This document shows positions 1-10,200 of a stretch of 64,000 nucleotides of DNA, in pieces. The notes under the pieces are model-generated. The model was not told where the DNA came from, made no database searches, and saw only the letters and a program-made list of their open reading frames with translations. Source of the stretch: Candidatus Hydrogenedentota bacterium (GTDB lineage Bacteria > Hydrogenedentota > Hydrogenedentia > Hydrogenedentales > SLHB01). The DNA lies in contig CAXXYE010000004.1 of the NCBI GenBank assembly GCA_963674865.2, positions 480,001 through 544,000 of the forward strand, in the 5' to 3' direction. Every line of letters starts with the position of its first letter. Position 1 is the stretch's first letter. The translations under genes and the position numbers were made by a program.

Positions 1-452
1 AGGACACGGAATACGCCGCCCAGCAGCTCGCTGTGCCACTCCTTGTGGATGTGCCGCCATCCCATGTGAAGCTTCTGGAAGCCAACCTCGACCTGTTCGC
101 CCGCGTTGGTATCGAAATCGAGCCGTTTGGGGGAAACACCTTTCAAGTTACGGGCATATGCCACTTGTACGAGGAGTCGAGAGTCCCCGACGCCGTCTAC
201 AGGGCGCTGGATGAGATAGCCCAAGGCGACCTGTTCGCCCGCGAGGACTTCATCGCCGACCTGTTGCGCCTGACGGTTGAAGCTTGCCGGGGCTCGGTGA
301 AAGCCGGGGATAGGCTGTCGAATGAGGAGCGGCAGGGCCTCCTTGAGGGATTCAAAAGGCTGCGCCCGCCCTACACCTGCCCTCATGGCCGTCCGATCAT
401 CACGGAACTCACCCAGATGCAGATGGAAAAGAGCTTCCGGAGAAGGCAGTGA
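1..452 (+). CDS. mutL: DNA mismatch repair protein MutL, C-terminal part (5' truncated by window)
   Basis: ACRGSVKAG and YTCPHGRP motifs of the MutL C-terminal domain; overlaps miaA start (GTGA), the usual mutL-miaA order. Confidence 0.93.
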   Translation, partial: DTEYAAQQLAVPLLVDVPPSHVKLLEANLDLFARVGIEIEPFGGNTFQVTGICHLYEESRVPDAVYRALDEIAQGDLFAREDFIADLLRLTVEACRGSVKAGDRLSNEERQGLLEGFKRLRPPYTCPHGRPIITELTQMQMEKSFRRRQ

Positions 453-1369
453 CCCAGCTTCTTGTGGTGACGGGGCCAACAGCTTCCGGGAAAACCGCCG
501 TCGGCATAGCCTTGGCTAGGCGGCTGGGCACCGAGATCATCTCGGCGGATTCCATGCAGTTCTACAAAGGGATGGAAATCGGCACCGTCGCCCCCACCGA
601 GGAGGACCTGGCGGCGGTTAGGCATCATTTCGTGAGTTTCCTGGCCCCGTGCGAGCACTTCTCAGCGGGAGAGTTCCAGAAGGTGGCCCGACACGTCGTA
701 GAGGGCCTGAATGAGCGGGGAAAGACCGCGGTCGCCGTCGGCGGCTCCGGGTTGTACGTCCGGGCGCTGGTAGACGGGCTGTTCCCGGGCCCGGGAAGAG
801 ACGCCGAGATCAGAGCAAGCCTGGCGGAAAAGGCCGACACGGAAGGTGTCCCAGCGCTCTACGAGCGTCTGAAAACTGTGGATTGGGAGTACGCCGCCGC
901 CATCAACTCAAACGACCTACGGCGGATTGTCCGGGCACTTGAAGTGTATGAGTTGACGGGACGGCCGCTGTCCGCACTGCACCGGGAACACCGAGAACGA
1001 ACCAAGCCTTTGGACGCCATCCAGGTGGCCTTTGACTATCCACGGGAGGTTCTATACGAGCGAATAAACGCCCGGGTAGACAAGCTGCTGCAACAGGGAC
1101 TTCTCGAAGAGGTAAGACTTTTGCTTGAAAAGGGTTACGGTGGACATATCGAGCGGCTGCGCTCCCTCGGATACCGCGAAATGGCTAGCTATCTGCGCGG
1201 GGAGTGCAGCCTTGACGAGGCCACACAGCTCATGAAACAGAATACGCGCCGGTTCGCGAAACGCCAGCTCAGCTGGTTCCGAGGAGACCGGCGTATCCAT
1301 TGGTTCCCTGTTGACACGCAAACGCCTCCTGAAGAGCACACGGAGGCCATTCTCGCCCTCCTCGCCTAG
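449..1369 (+). CDS. miaA: tRNA dimethylallyltransferase
   Basis: GPTASGKT P-loop, ISADSMQFY, VGGSGLY, RRIVRALEV, TRRFAKRQLSWF. Confidence 0.97.
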   Translation: MTQLLVVTGPTASGKTAVGIALARRLGTEIISADSMQFYKGMEIGTVAPTEEDLAAVRHHFVSFLAPCEHFSAGEFQKVARHVVEGLNERGKTAVAVGGSGLYVRALVDGLFPGPGRDAEIRASLAEKADTEGVPALYERLKTVDWEYAAAINSNDLRRIVRALEVYELTGRPLSALHREHRERTKPLDAIQVAFDYPREVLYERINARVDKLLQQGLLEEVRLLLEKGYGGHIERLRSLGYREMASYLRGECSLDEATQLMKQNTRRFAKRQLSWFRGDRRIHWFPVDTQTPPEEHTEAILALLA

Positions 1370-1472
1370 GCGCAAGAGTATCTTCACTGCCACTTCCAAG
1401 TGACGCCCCCTGCTTCATAAGCAATTAGTAATAAATCAGTTATGTTATGTTCTGCCAGTCCGCTTCAAACAT

Positions 1473-1501
1473 TTGACTTAAACATACGTTTGAGTTACAA
1501 T
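1473..1501 (+). promoter_or_regulatory. sigma70-type promoter with overlapping palindromic TetR-type operator
   Basis: TTGACT (1473-1478), 17 bp, TACAAT (1496-1501); TTAAAC-ATAC-GTTTGA near-palindrome at 1478-1493; extra half-site TTCAAAC at 1464-1470. Confidence 0.7.
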
Positions 1502-1537
1502 CGCTCTAGTTGTGCGTTGCACAAGCGAGGATTGCCC

Positions 1538-2236
1538 ATGGCCCACGAATCTCACGACACGAAAGAAGCGCTCCTGCTGGCCGCGGGTGAGCTCTTTGCC
1601 GAGCGGGGATATGACGGTACAAGCATCCGCGCTATCGCTGAGAAGGCGAAAGCCAACATTGCCGCCATTAACTACCATTTCGGCAGCAAAGACGCTCTCT
1701 ACGCGAGCGTCCTGGGCCACGTCTGCCGCAAGGTCCATTTCGCGGATGCGGGCTATCTCGAGTCCGTCCGGGGGGCGGCCTCGGCCCAGGAGAAGGCCAA
1801 CATCCTCCGTGATGCCACTCGGGCCGTCTTCGCCAAAGATTTCGCTCCGGGTCGGCCGGCGTGGCACACGCGCATGATCATGCGCAGCCTTATGGAGCCT
1901 TCGCCCGCGTTGCAGAAGGTGGTCCACGATGTATTCCGTCCGGAATTCGAGGCGTTGAAGGCTATCTTCCGCGCGGCGAAGCCGACTCTGACGGAGGAGG
2001 ATGCGGAGTTCATGGTGTTTTCCCTGGCCGGACAGGAGATGTTCTACTCTTTTGCCCAGTCAGGCGTCCTGATTCTTCTCGGGCGACGGGATTACGAGCC
2101 GGCCTTCCTAGAGAAAGCTATTGAACACGTGGCGCGATGTGTCACGGCGGCGCTTGGGCTGCCCGCTCCGTCTCTACCAGACAATCAATCCGGGGATCTT
2201 TCAGCATTTGATGAGGAAGGTGAACATGCAGAGTAA
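1538..2236 (+). CDS. TetR/AcrR-family transcriptional regulator (CecR/YbiH-like)
   Basis: N-terminal HTH FAERGYDGTSIRAIAEKAKANIAAINYHFGSK; ATG 1538 chosen after GAGG RBS; first gene of efflux operon. Confidence 0.9.
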   Translation: MAHESHDTKEALLLAAGELFAERGYDGTSIRAIAEKAKANIAAINYHFGSKDALYASVLGHVCRKVHFADAGYLESVRGAASAQEKANILRDATRAVFAKDFAPGRPAWHTRMIMRSLMEPSPALQKVVHDVFRPEFEALKAIFRAAKPTLTEEDAEFMVFSLAGQEMFYSFAQSGVLILLGRRDYEPAFLEKAIEHVARCVTAALGLPAPSLPDNQSGDLSAFDEEGEHAE

Positions 2237-3440
2237 GTGGAAACGATGGGTCATCTTTGTGGCGTTGGTGCTCGTCCTGGCCGGAGGCTTTGGCGTCTAT
2301 GCACGCACGCGGAATAGCGAGGGTGCTGCGAGCGCATCTTCCGAGAGTAGTGCGGGGGCCGAGAATGGGCGCGTTCCAGTTGTCCTGTCTCCAGTAGCAA
2401 TGCACGACTTCGAGGAGCGCCTTACGGTGCAGGGCAACCTGGAGGCGAAGGACTACGCGATGGTTCCCGCCCGAATCGGCGGTGTAATCCAAGCCATGTA
2501 CGTGAAAGAGGGCGATATTGCCGTTGCGGGCGAGACGAAACTCTTTCAGGTTGACGCTCTGAAGCCGCAGAAAGCCGTCGAGGCCAACCGGCAGGCTCTG
2601 GCGGTTGCCCGCTGCGCCACGCGTGAAAAGGAAGCGAACTTGGAGCGTGTCGAGGCCGACTTCGAGAAAGCCGAACTCGACCTCAAGAGATTCGAGGATC
2701 TACATGCTGCGAAGGCCGTCTCTCAAGACGCTCTTGAACAGCAGCAATCTCGATACAAACAAGCGCGCGCCGGGCGGAAGCACGCCGTCAGTCTGGTCGA
2801 ACTCGCCAAGGAGCAGGAGCGGCAGGCGGAGACTGCCCTGGCCATCGCCGAGAAGGACTTGAGCGACACGCTGGTTCGCGCGCCGATTAGCGGCCGTGTT
2901 AGCCTGCAGCTTCAGGAAGTGGGGGAGATGGCGGAGACTGGCAAGCCGGTCTTCAGGATCGATGATCCCGCCGTGCTCGAAATGTCCGCATTTCTGCCCG
3001 CTGAGTACTACGCGCGTATTAGCGTGGCAAAGACCATGGCACGCGTCATGGTGGCCGGCACAGATCCACAGGAGTACACCATCTCATACAAGAGTCCGAC
3101 GATTGAACCGAAACTACGAACTTTCGAAGTGAAGTGTCTGCTTGAACACCCGCCCGAGGGCGTTGTCCCGGGCGCTATTGCCGAGGTGGCCGTATTGCTG
3201 GAGAGACGCGCGGCGTGGGGCGTGCCGACGGAGGCGATTCAGGGGCGGGGCGGCAGCAGCGTGGTGTTTACGGTAGACAATGAAACGGCGCGACTAATGG
3301 AAGTGGAGCCTGGCCTCGAGACGGATGGATGGACGGAGGTGCAAGGCGAATCCATCGCGGGAGGAATTGGAGTCGTTACGATGGGGCAGCATCTCTTGGA
3401 TGACGGCTCCCGCGTGACTGTGCGTAAAGGGGCTGCCTGA
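2226..3440 (+). CDS. RND efflux periplasmic adaptor (membrane fusion protein)
   Basis: N-terminal TM, VKEGD hairpin, coiled coil, RAPISGRV; start taken at MQSKWKRW (2226); coupled to RND permease. Confidence 0.92.
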   Translation: MQSKWKRWVIFVALVLVLAGGFGVYARTRNSEGAASASSESSAGAENGRVPVVLSPVAMHDFEERLTVQGNLEAKDYAMVPARIGGVIQAMYVKEGDIAVAGETKLFQVDALKPQKAVEANRQALAVARCATREKEANLERVEADFEKAELDLKRFEDLHAAKAVSQDALEQQQSRYKQARAGRKHAVSLVELAKEQERQAETALAIAEKDLSDTLVRAPISGRVSLQLQEVGEMAETGKPVFRIDDPAVLEMSAFLPAEYYARISVAKTMARVMVAGTDPQEYTISYKSPTIEPKLRTFEVKCLLEHPPEGVVPGAIAEVAVLLERRAAWGVPTEAIQGRGGSSVVFTVDNETARLMEVEPGLETDGWTEVQGESIAGGIGVVTMGQHLLDDGSRVTVRKGAA

Positions 3441-6400
3441 TGTTTCTCTCAAATGCTTCCATCCGCCGCCCCGTGGCGATGTCGTGCCTCATCATTGGGC
3501 TGGCGCTGCTCGGATTCAATGCTTACCGCAAGATGGGCCTCGAGATGCTGCCCAAAGTTGATGTGCCGTACGTCACTATTGTGACGATCTATCCTGGAGC
3601 AAGTCCGGAAGAGATTGAAACGGACATAGCCAAGCGCATCGAAGATCAGATGGTCTCTATTGACGGACTCAAACATGTGAACTCGTCTTGCATGGAGAAT
3701 GCCTGCCAGACCTTCCTTGAATTCCAAATTGATGTGGACGTGGACGTCGCGGCAACGGACGTCAGGGAAAAACTGGATCTAATCCGCTCGGACTTCCCAG
3801 AGGGTGTCGAAGATCCGCAGGTCATGAAATATGACGTCAATGCCACGCCCATCATCACGCTGGCGCTGACGGGCGACGTGTCGGTTGACGAGTTATATGA
3901 CTTCGCTGACAACACCCTCCGCGATCGCATCACCGTTATTTCGGGGGTGGCCGACGTCCAATTACTCGGCGGGGCGGAGCGGGAAGTCCACGTCTCACTC
4001 GATCGGGAGAAACTGGCGGCGCGAGGGCTATCGAGCATGGACGTGGTCCAGGCGATACAGCAGGGCGTGCGCACCATTCCCTCAGGCCGTGTTCGCGAGG
4101 GCGGCACTGAATATGCCGTGAAATTTGACGCCGACTACAAGAGCGTCCAAGACATCGGAAAACTCGAGGTAGCCAACGAGAACGGACAGCGATGTTATAT
4201 CAAGGACGTAAGCGTCGGCCTTCCGGAGATGGCTACGGAAGAGTTGCGTCAGAAGGCTTACATCGATGGGCGGCCGTGCGTTGGGATTAAGGTGGTAAAA
4301 AAAGCGGATGCAAACGCCGTAGAGGTAGTGAGACGCGTCAAAGAAGCGATGGCGCAGTTGAACGAGGATCTTCCCGGAGGCATGGATCTTGTCTGGATAA
4401 CGGACGATGGGAGCTTCATCGAGGCCACGGTCAAGAGCGCATGGATAAACATTGCCCAGGGCATTCTCTTGACGGCTTGCATCCTCTTCCTGTTCTTGTA
4501 CAACTTCAGGTCCACCTTGGTTATTGCCGTCACCATGCCGCTGACGATCGTCGTCGGCCTTTTCTTCATGCACTTCGTGGACTTCACGCTGAACGCGATG
4601 ACTCTTCTCGCTATCGGCATGTCGGTTGGTATTCTTGTCACGAATTCGATTGTTGTCCTTGAGGCCATTGTCAAGCGTCTGGATGAGAGCGGCGACCCCG
4701 CCGCCGCCTCGAGAATCGGCGCCGGGGAAGCCGGCATCGCGGTGCTGGCAAGTGCGGCGACCAATGTCGTCGTGCTCTTTCCCATCGCCATGATGGGAGG
4801 ACGGGTCGGCCTCTTCATCAAACCATTCGCCCTCACCATGGTAATTATGACGGTGGTGTCTCTCTTCATCTCGTTCACGCTAACGCCGATCTTGTGTGCC
4901 CTCATACTTCGTCCAAGAGACGCAACACGCCGCGGATTCCTCTACAGGATGGAGACGATGTGGAACCGGGGCATGGATCGCGTCATCCACGTCTATCGAG
5001 TGATTCTCCGCTTCAACGAGCGGCACCGCATGGCGGCTGTCTTGGTATTGCTCCTCGCCGTGTTCTCCCTGATGCATTCTTTTTCTCTGGCCAAGAGAAT
5101 TGGCTTCGGATTTGTCCCGAAATGCGATCGCGGGGAGGTCATGGCAAAACTGGAATTTCCGACGCGATATGACTTAGGCCAGACGGTAGACCGAGTTCTT
5201 GAGGCGCAGGTGAGACTCACGGACCTGCCGGAGTTGGAGCATATTCTTAGCCAGGTGGGGAAGGTTGAGGGAATCATCGGGCAATCTACTGAAGGCGTAT
5301 ACCTCGCGCAAGTCCTGCTGAAGTTCTCCGAACGCGACAAGCGCGACATCACGCTGGACGAACTTGTCGAAGAGGTTCGCTCCAGGCTAGCCGGTATTCC
5401 CGATACTATTGTCACCGTGATGATCCCAGACATCGTGGGGGGGCAGAGCACAGACATCGAATTGGAGATCGCCGGAGAGGAACTGGACGTCTTGGATAGA
5501 CTCGCCTTGCGGACGAAAACGCTCGCAGGAGCACTCGAAGGCTTGGCCGACGAAGATACCACGGTGCGAACCGGAAAGCCTGAGCTTCGTGTGACGCCCA
5601 AACGGGCGATTCTCGCGGACCTAGGCATTCCGGCCACCGGTATTGGCTACGCCTTGCGCGCGAATCTCGAAGGCATCGTGGCGGGAACATACAAGGAAAA
5701 CGCGCGGAATTATGACATCGTCGTCAAGCTCAAGGACCGAGAAGGGAAGGACCAGGTAGCACAGTTTCTCTTTCCGGGCGCCCCCGGCCGCCCCGTTATC
5801 CTGACTAACCTTGGCAACGTTGAGCAAAGCCTGGCCCCGGTACAGATCACGCGAAAGGACAAACAGCGCGCAGCAAAGTTTCTGGCCAATCTTGAAGGAG
5901 GCAAACCGCTCGGCACGGCCGCGGACGACATTAACACCGTCATTCGTGAGCAAGGCGACTTCCCGCCGGGATACAGCCATACCTTTGCCGGCATGTACGA
6001 GGTGATGGCGGAAGGGCAGACCGCTATGGGGGAAGCCGCGCTCGTGGCCATCATACTCGTCATTCTGACACTGGCCGCCGTTCTTGAGTCTTTCAAACAG
6101 CCCTGGCTTATTCTTGTCACCCTGCCTCTGGCGCTGATCGGCATGTTCTGGGCCTTGTTCATCGCTCAACAGAGCATTTCCATTTTCGTCCTGATGGGCG
6201 CCGTGATGCTGATCGGCATTGTCGTCAACAACGCCATCCTGATCATGGACCAGTTCAACGTCCATGTGGGAGAGGGAATCCCGCGTCACCGGGCCATGGT
6301 GACGGCCGCCTGCGAACGCTTCCGTCCTGTTGCCATGATCACCCTGGCAGCCGTGCTTGGTATGCTCCCTCTGGCCCTGGGTCGCGGCATCGGCGCAGAA

Positions 6401-6550
6401 ATGAGAAACGACGTGGGTGTCGCATCCGTCGGCGGCATTCTCGTGTCGGGGGTCTTGACGCTCATCGTCGTACCGATCCTCTACGACTTGTGCACTCGGG
6501 GCCAGGCAGGGGCTACTGACGCTATCCCGGCCAAGAGCGAAAATGAATGA
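3440..6550 (+). CDS. RND efflux permease (AcrB/AcrD/AcrF superfamily)
   Basis: 1036 aa; IRRPVAM start, YPGASPEEIE, TLTPILCA, RFRPVAMITLAAVLGMLPLAL. Confidence 0.95.
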   Translation: MFLSNASIRRPVAMSCLIIGLALLGFNAYRKMGLEMLPKVDVPYVTIVTIYPGASPEEIETDIAKRIEDQMVSIDGLKHVNSSCMENACQTFLEFQIDVDVDVAATDVREKLDLIRSDFPEGVEDPQVMKYDVNATPIITLALTGDVSVDELYDFADNTLRDRITVISGVADVQLLGGAEREVHVSLDREKLAARGLSSMDVVQAIQQGVRTIPSGRVREGGTEYAVKFDADYKSVQDIGKLEVANENGQRCYIKDVSVGLPEMATEELRQKAYIDGRPCVGIKVVKKADANAVEVVRRVKEAMAQLNEDLPGGMDLVWITDDGSFIEATVKSAWINIAQGILLTACILFLFLYNFRSTLVIAVTMPLTIVVGLFFMHFVDFTLNAMTLLAIGMSVGILVTNSIVVLEAIVKRLDESGDPAAASRIGAGEAGIAVLASAATNVVVLFPIAMMGGRVGLFIKPFALTMVIMTVVSLFISFTLTPILCALILRPRDATRRGFLYRMETMWNRGMDRVIHVYRVILRFNERHRMAAVLVLLLAVFSLMHSFSLAKRIGFGFVPKCDRGEVMAKLEFPTRYDLGQTVDRVLEAQVRLTDLPELEHILSQVGKVEGIIGQSTEGVYLAQVLLKFSERDKRDITLDELVEEVRSRLAGIPDTIVTVMIPDIVGGQSTDIELEIAGEELDVLDRLALRTKTLAGALEGLADEDTTVRTGKPELRVTPKRAILADLGIPATGIGYALRANLEGIVAGTYKENARNYDIVVKLKDREGKDQVAQFLFPGAPGRPVILTNLGNVEQSLAPVQITRKDKQRAAKFLANLEGGKPLGTAADDINTVIREQGDFPPGYSHTFAGMYEVMAEGQTAMGEAALVAIILVILTLAAVLESFKQPWLILVTLPLALIGMFWALFIAQQSISIFVLMGAVMLIGIVVNNAILIMDQFNVHVGEGIPRHRAMVTAACERFRPVAMITLAAVLGMLPLALGRGIGAEMRNDVGVASVGGILVSGVLTLIVVPILYDLCTRGQAGATDAIPAKSENE

Positions 6551-7297
6551 TCCTCCCCGCCTGGACAGATTGTTGCCACGGTTCCTCGGGCTCAACAACA
6601 TCTTGGAGAAGGCGCGGCGCCAATCGTTGGATGCCGTGACGATACCGAGTAAACAACATCTGCAAAGTGCTATCTTTCACGGGGCAGGCCTACCTACCGG
6701 ACGAATCCATTTACATCGCCCCCTCTACGCCTTTCCAGAGAAACGCCGGAACCGCAATCCTTGCCGTGAACCCGGCAGATGGTAGAAAGGGATGCAGTGT
6801 AGGAGAGGCGCTTCATCCATGTCGTACCCGCTGCGGCTGAACTCCGCAGCCTGAGCCGGGATGGCTCGCTGTGGGCGAGTGCACCGGGGGCTGCGCATAT
6901 GCTGCGGGTGCTTTTCCCAGAACGAGCAAGCCGCATCGATCGACCTCAAGTCCCTCGCTCATGCCTTAAGCCTGCTCACGCTTGCTGCGTTACTATATAT
7001 CATAAAACTGCGCAAACCGACAGAATACTCAAGACCAGCCTTGTAGGCCGCCGGACCTGTCCAACTCCCCTGAAACTCGTCTGTAGCCAACCTGTTTGAG
7101 GAAGAAAGCCGCGGCACAACTCTTTTGGGCTGAAGCACTTTTGCAGTGTCTCCCCAGTCGGCGCTGTGGGACAGGGCAGGTACCTTGGCGTGGCCACACA
7201 CTCCTTCACGTCTTTGCATTTTATCTGACTCAAGGTGTACCGTGATGCCATTGCAAGGCGTTAAGACTGAGGGGACTTTCGGAGGGGACCTGCGCGG

Positions 7298-10200
7298 ATG
7301 CAGTTTGATTTCGTGAAGTTGTATGAATGGATGCTCAGTGCGCGCGAGGTGGACCGGCTAGAGCTTCAACTCGTCAACCGCGGCGAAGCCTTCTTCCATG
7401 TGTCCGGGGCGGGACACGAGGGAAGCGCCGCCCTCGCGCCGCACCTTGTCGAGGCGGATTGGCTGCATTGCCATTACCGCGACAAGGCATTGATGATCGC
7501 CCGGGGCATTTCGCCCGAAATGTTTCTGAATAGCGTTCTCTGCCGGGAGGCCTCCCATTCGCGGGGGCGTCAGATGAGCGCCCACATGAGCGACCCCGCG
7601 CTGAAGGTCCTCAGTATTGTCGGGCCCGTCGGCAACAGCGCGCTCCACGCAGTCGGCGTCGCGGCCCAGGTCAAGAACGCGCCCGAGAATCCCATCGTGC
7701 TCTGCTCGTTGGGCGACGGCACCACGCAGCAGGGGGAAGTGCTCGAAGCAATTGCGGAGGCGGTGCGAAACACGCTTCCCGTGCTGTTCTTGATTCACGA
7801 CAATCGCTTTGCCATCTCGACACAAACCGATGGACGAACCTTCTACTCGCTTCCTGGAGGTACTTCCGAGTCCTTCTATGGCATGGATGTCCGGCACATA
7901 GACGGCAGAGCCCCTATCGCATGCGTGGACGAATTTGGCGCGGTGGTAGCTGAGATGCGCGCGCAGCGAGGGCCTGCGATTATCGTGTTCGACGTCGACC
8001 GCCTGGCCTCCCATACGAACGCCGATGATCAGCGCGTCTATCGCAGCGACGAGGAAATTCGAACCGCGTGGGAGAGGGGAGACCCCTTGCGCATTGCACG
8101 GGAAGCGCTCCTTGAACAGGGCACGCCCGAAGAGGACGTCGCCCGGATCGAACAGGAGGTGCGGGAGTCAGTCGAGGCCGCATGTGAACAGGCACGCCGC
8201 GAACCTGAGCCAGCGCCGTGCACCACGGCCAAGAAAGCCCTCGCGCCTGAGTTGAGTAATCCGGCCCGTGAATACCGAGGCGATACCTCAGAGCCGCGCC
8301 TCACGATGCTAGAAAGCATCCGTGAAGTCTTGCGGAACCGGCTTGCGGAGGATGAATGCGTCGTCCTCTTCGGAGAGGATATTGAAGATCCCAAGGGGGA
8401 CGTCTTCGGTGCAACGCGCGGATTGACGGACGCCTTCCCTGGCCGGGTGCTTAATTCGCCCTTGACGGAGTCCACCATAGTAGGTGTCTCCGTGGGACGT
8501 GCGCTCGCTGGAGCGCGGCCCGTAGCCTTTCTTCAGTTCGCTGATTTCCTTCCCCTGGCCTACAATCAGATCGCGACGGAACTGGGCAGTATGTGGTGGC
8601 GGACGGATGGCGCCTGGGAAGCGCCGGTGATCGTCATGATCGCCTGTGGTGGCTATAAGCCCGGCCTGGGGCCATTCCATTCGCAGAGCCTCGAATCGAT
8701 AGCCTCGCATGTGCCTGGCGTGGACGTGTTCATGCCGTCAACGGCCGGTGATGCCGCCGGACTGCTCAACGCGGCCTTCGACTCAGGCCGGCCCACGCTG
8801 TTCTTCTATCCCAAGAACCTCCTGAACGATCGAGAGCAGACGACGTCGGCGGACGTGGGGGCGCAGCGCGTGGCCATTGGCAAAGCCCGGACGCTCCGGC
8901 GCGGAACCGACCTGACTTTTGTTGGCTGGGGCAATGCCATCGGCCTTTGCGTCCGCGCGGCCGATGAAATCGAATTCGCCGGATACACCTCCGATATCAT
9001 CGACCTGCGCTCGCTCTCTCCATGGGACGCCGACGCGGTAGTCGCCTCCGCGGAGAAGACGGGGCGGCTAATTGTCGTCCACGAAGACAACCACACGTGC
9101 GGCTTCGGGGCGGAGGTGCTCGCCACGGTGTCGGAGCGGGCAGTTCGCGCCGTCAAAACGCGGCGTGTGGCGCGGTTCGATACCTACGTGCCATGCCATT
9201 TCGGCAACCAGCTTGCCGTGCTGCCCTCGTTCCAGCGGGTGTTGGAGACGGCGGCGGAACTGCTCGATCTCGAAGTGGCCTGGGAGAATCCCGCCCCCGA
9301 GGAACCTGACCTCTTCACCGTCTTCGCGATCGGCTCCAGTCCCGCGGATGAGTCCGTAACCGTTACGGAATTGCTCACAAAGAGCGGCGCATCGGTTCAG
9401 GCAGGCGATCTTATCGCCAATGTCGAGGCGGACAAGGCCAGCGCAGAAGTCGCGGCGCCGGTTTCCGGTGTTGTGGCGGATATACTCGTGGAAGAGGGGG
9501 AAACAGTGAAGGTCGGCGTCCCCCTGCTTCGCATCCGCGTGGCCGAGGGCGAGATAGTCCGCAAGGCCATCACCCAGGAACAGCCGGGCACGCCCCTGCT
9601 CCGCAAGCGGAAGACACGCGCCGATAGGAAGCCTGCGGCCGCCGCCCACACCGTGAGAGTCCGCCAGAGCGAAGTGGGCCTGGCCTCGATGGGCGCCCGG
9701 CTCGGGTCGCACGTGGTTACCAGCGAGGAATTGGCGGAGCGCTTTCCCGATATGGACCTGGCCGGGCTGGTGCGCCGTACGGGCATCGAAAACCGGCACT
9801 GGCTGGGAGAAGGTGAAACGCCCCTGTCTCTTGCCGTCAACGCCGCGTCGCAGGCGCTCGAACGCGAGCAACTCGCCCTCGATGAAGTGGACCTCATTGT
9901 CTGCACCACCGGCACGCCAATGCGGATGACGCCGTCCATGTCGTGCCTGATACTCCACGAATTGAGTAAGTCCAACGGCGCGCACGAGGCCGAGGTCTAC
10001 GATATCAATGCAGCATGCTCCGGTTACCTCAACGCTTTGCAGTGCGCCTATGACTACTTGCAGTCCCGGCCGCGGGACAAAGTGCTGGTTGTCACGACAG
10101 AAGCGCTTTCGACGCGCCTGAATCCCGAAGATTTCGGCACCGCCATTCTCTTTGGCGACGCCGCGACGGCAACGATAGTGTACGGGGCGGCGCACATCGA

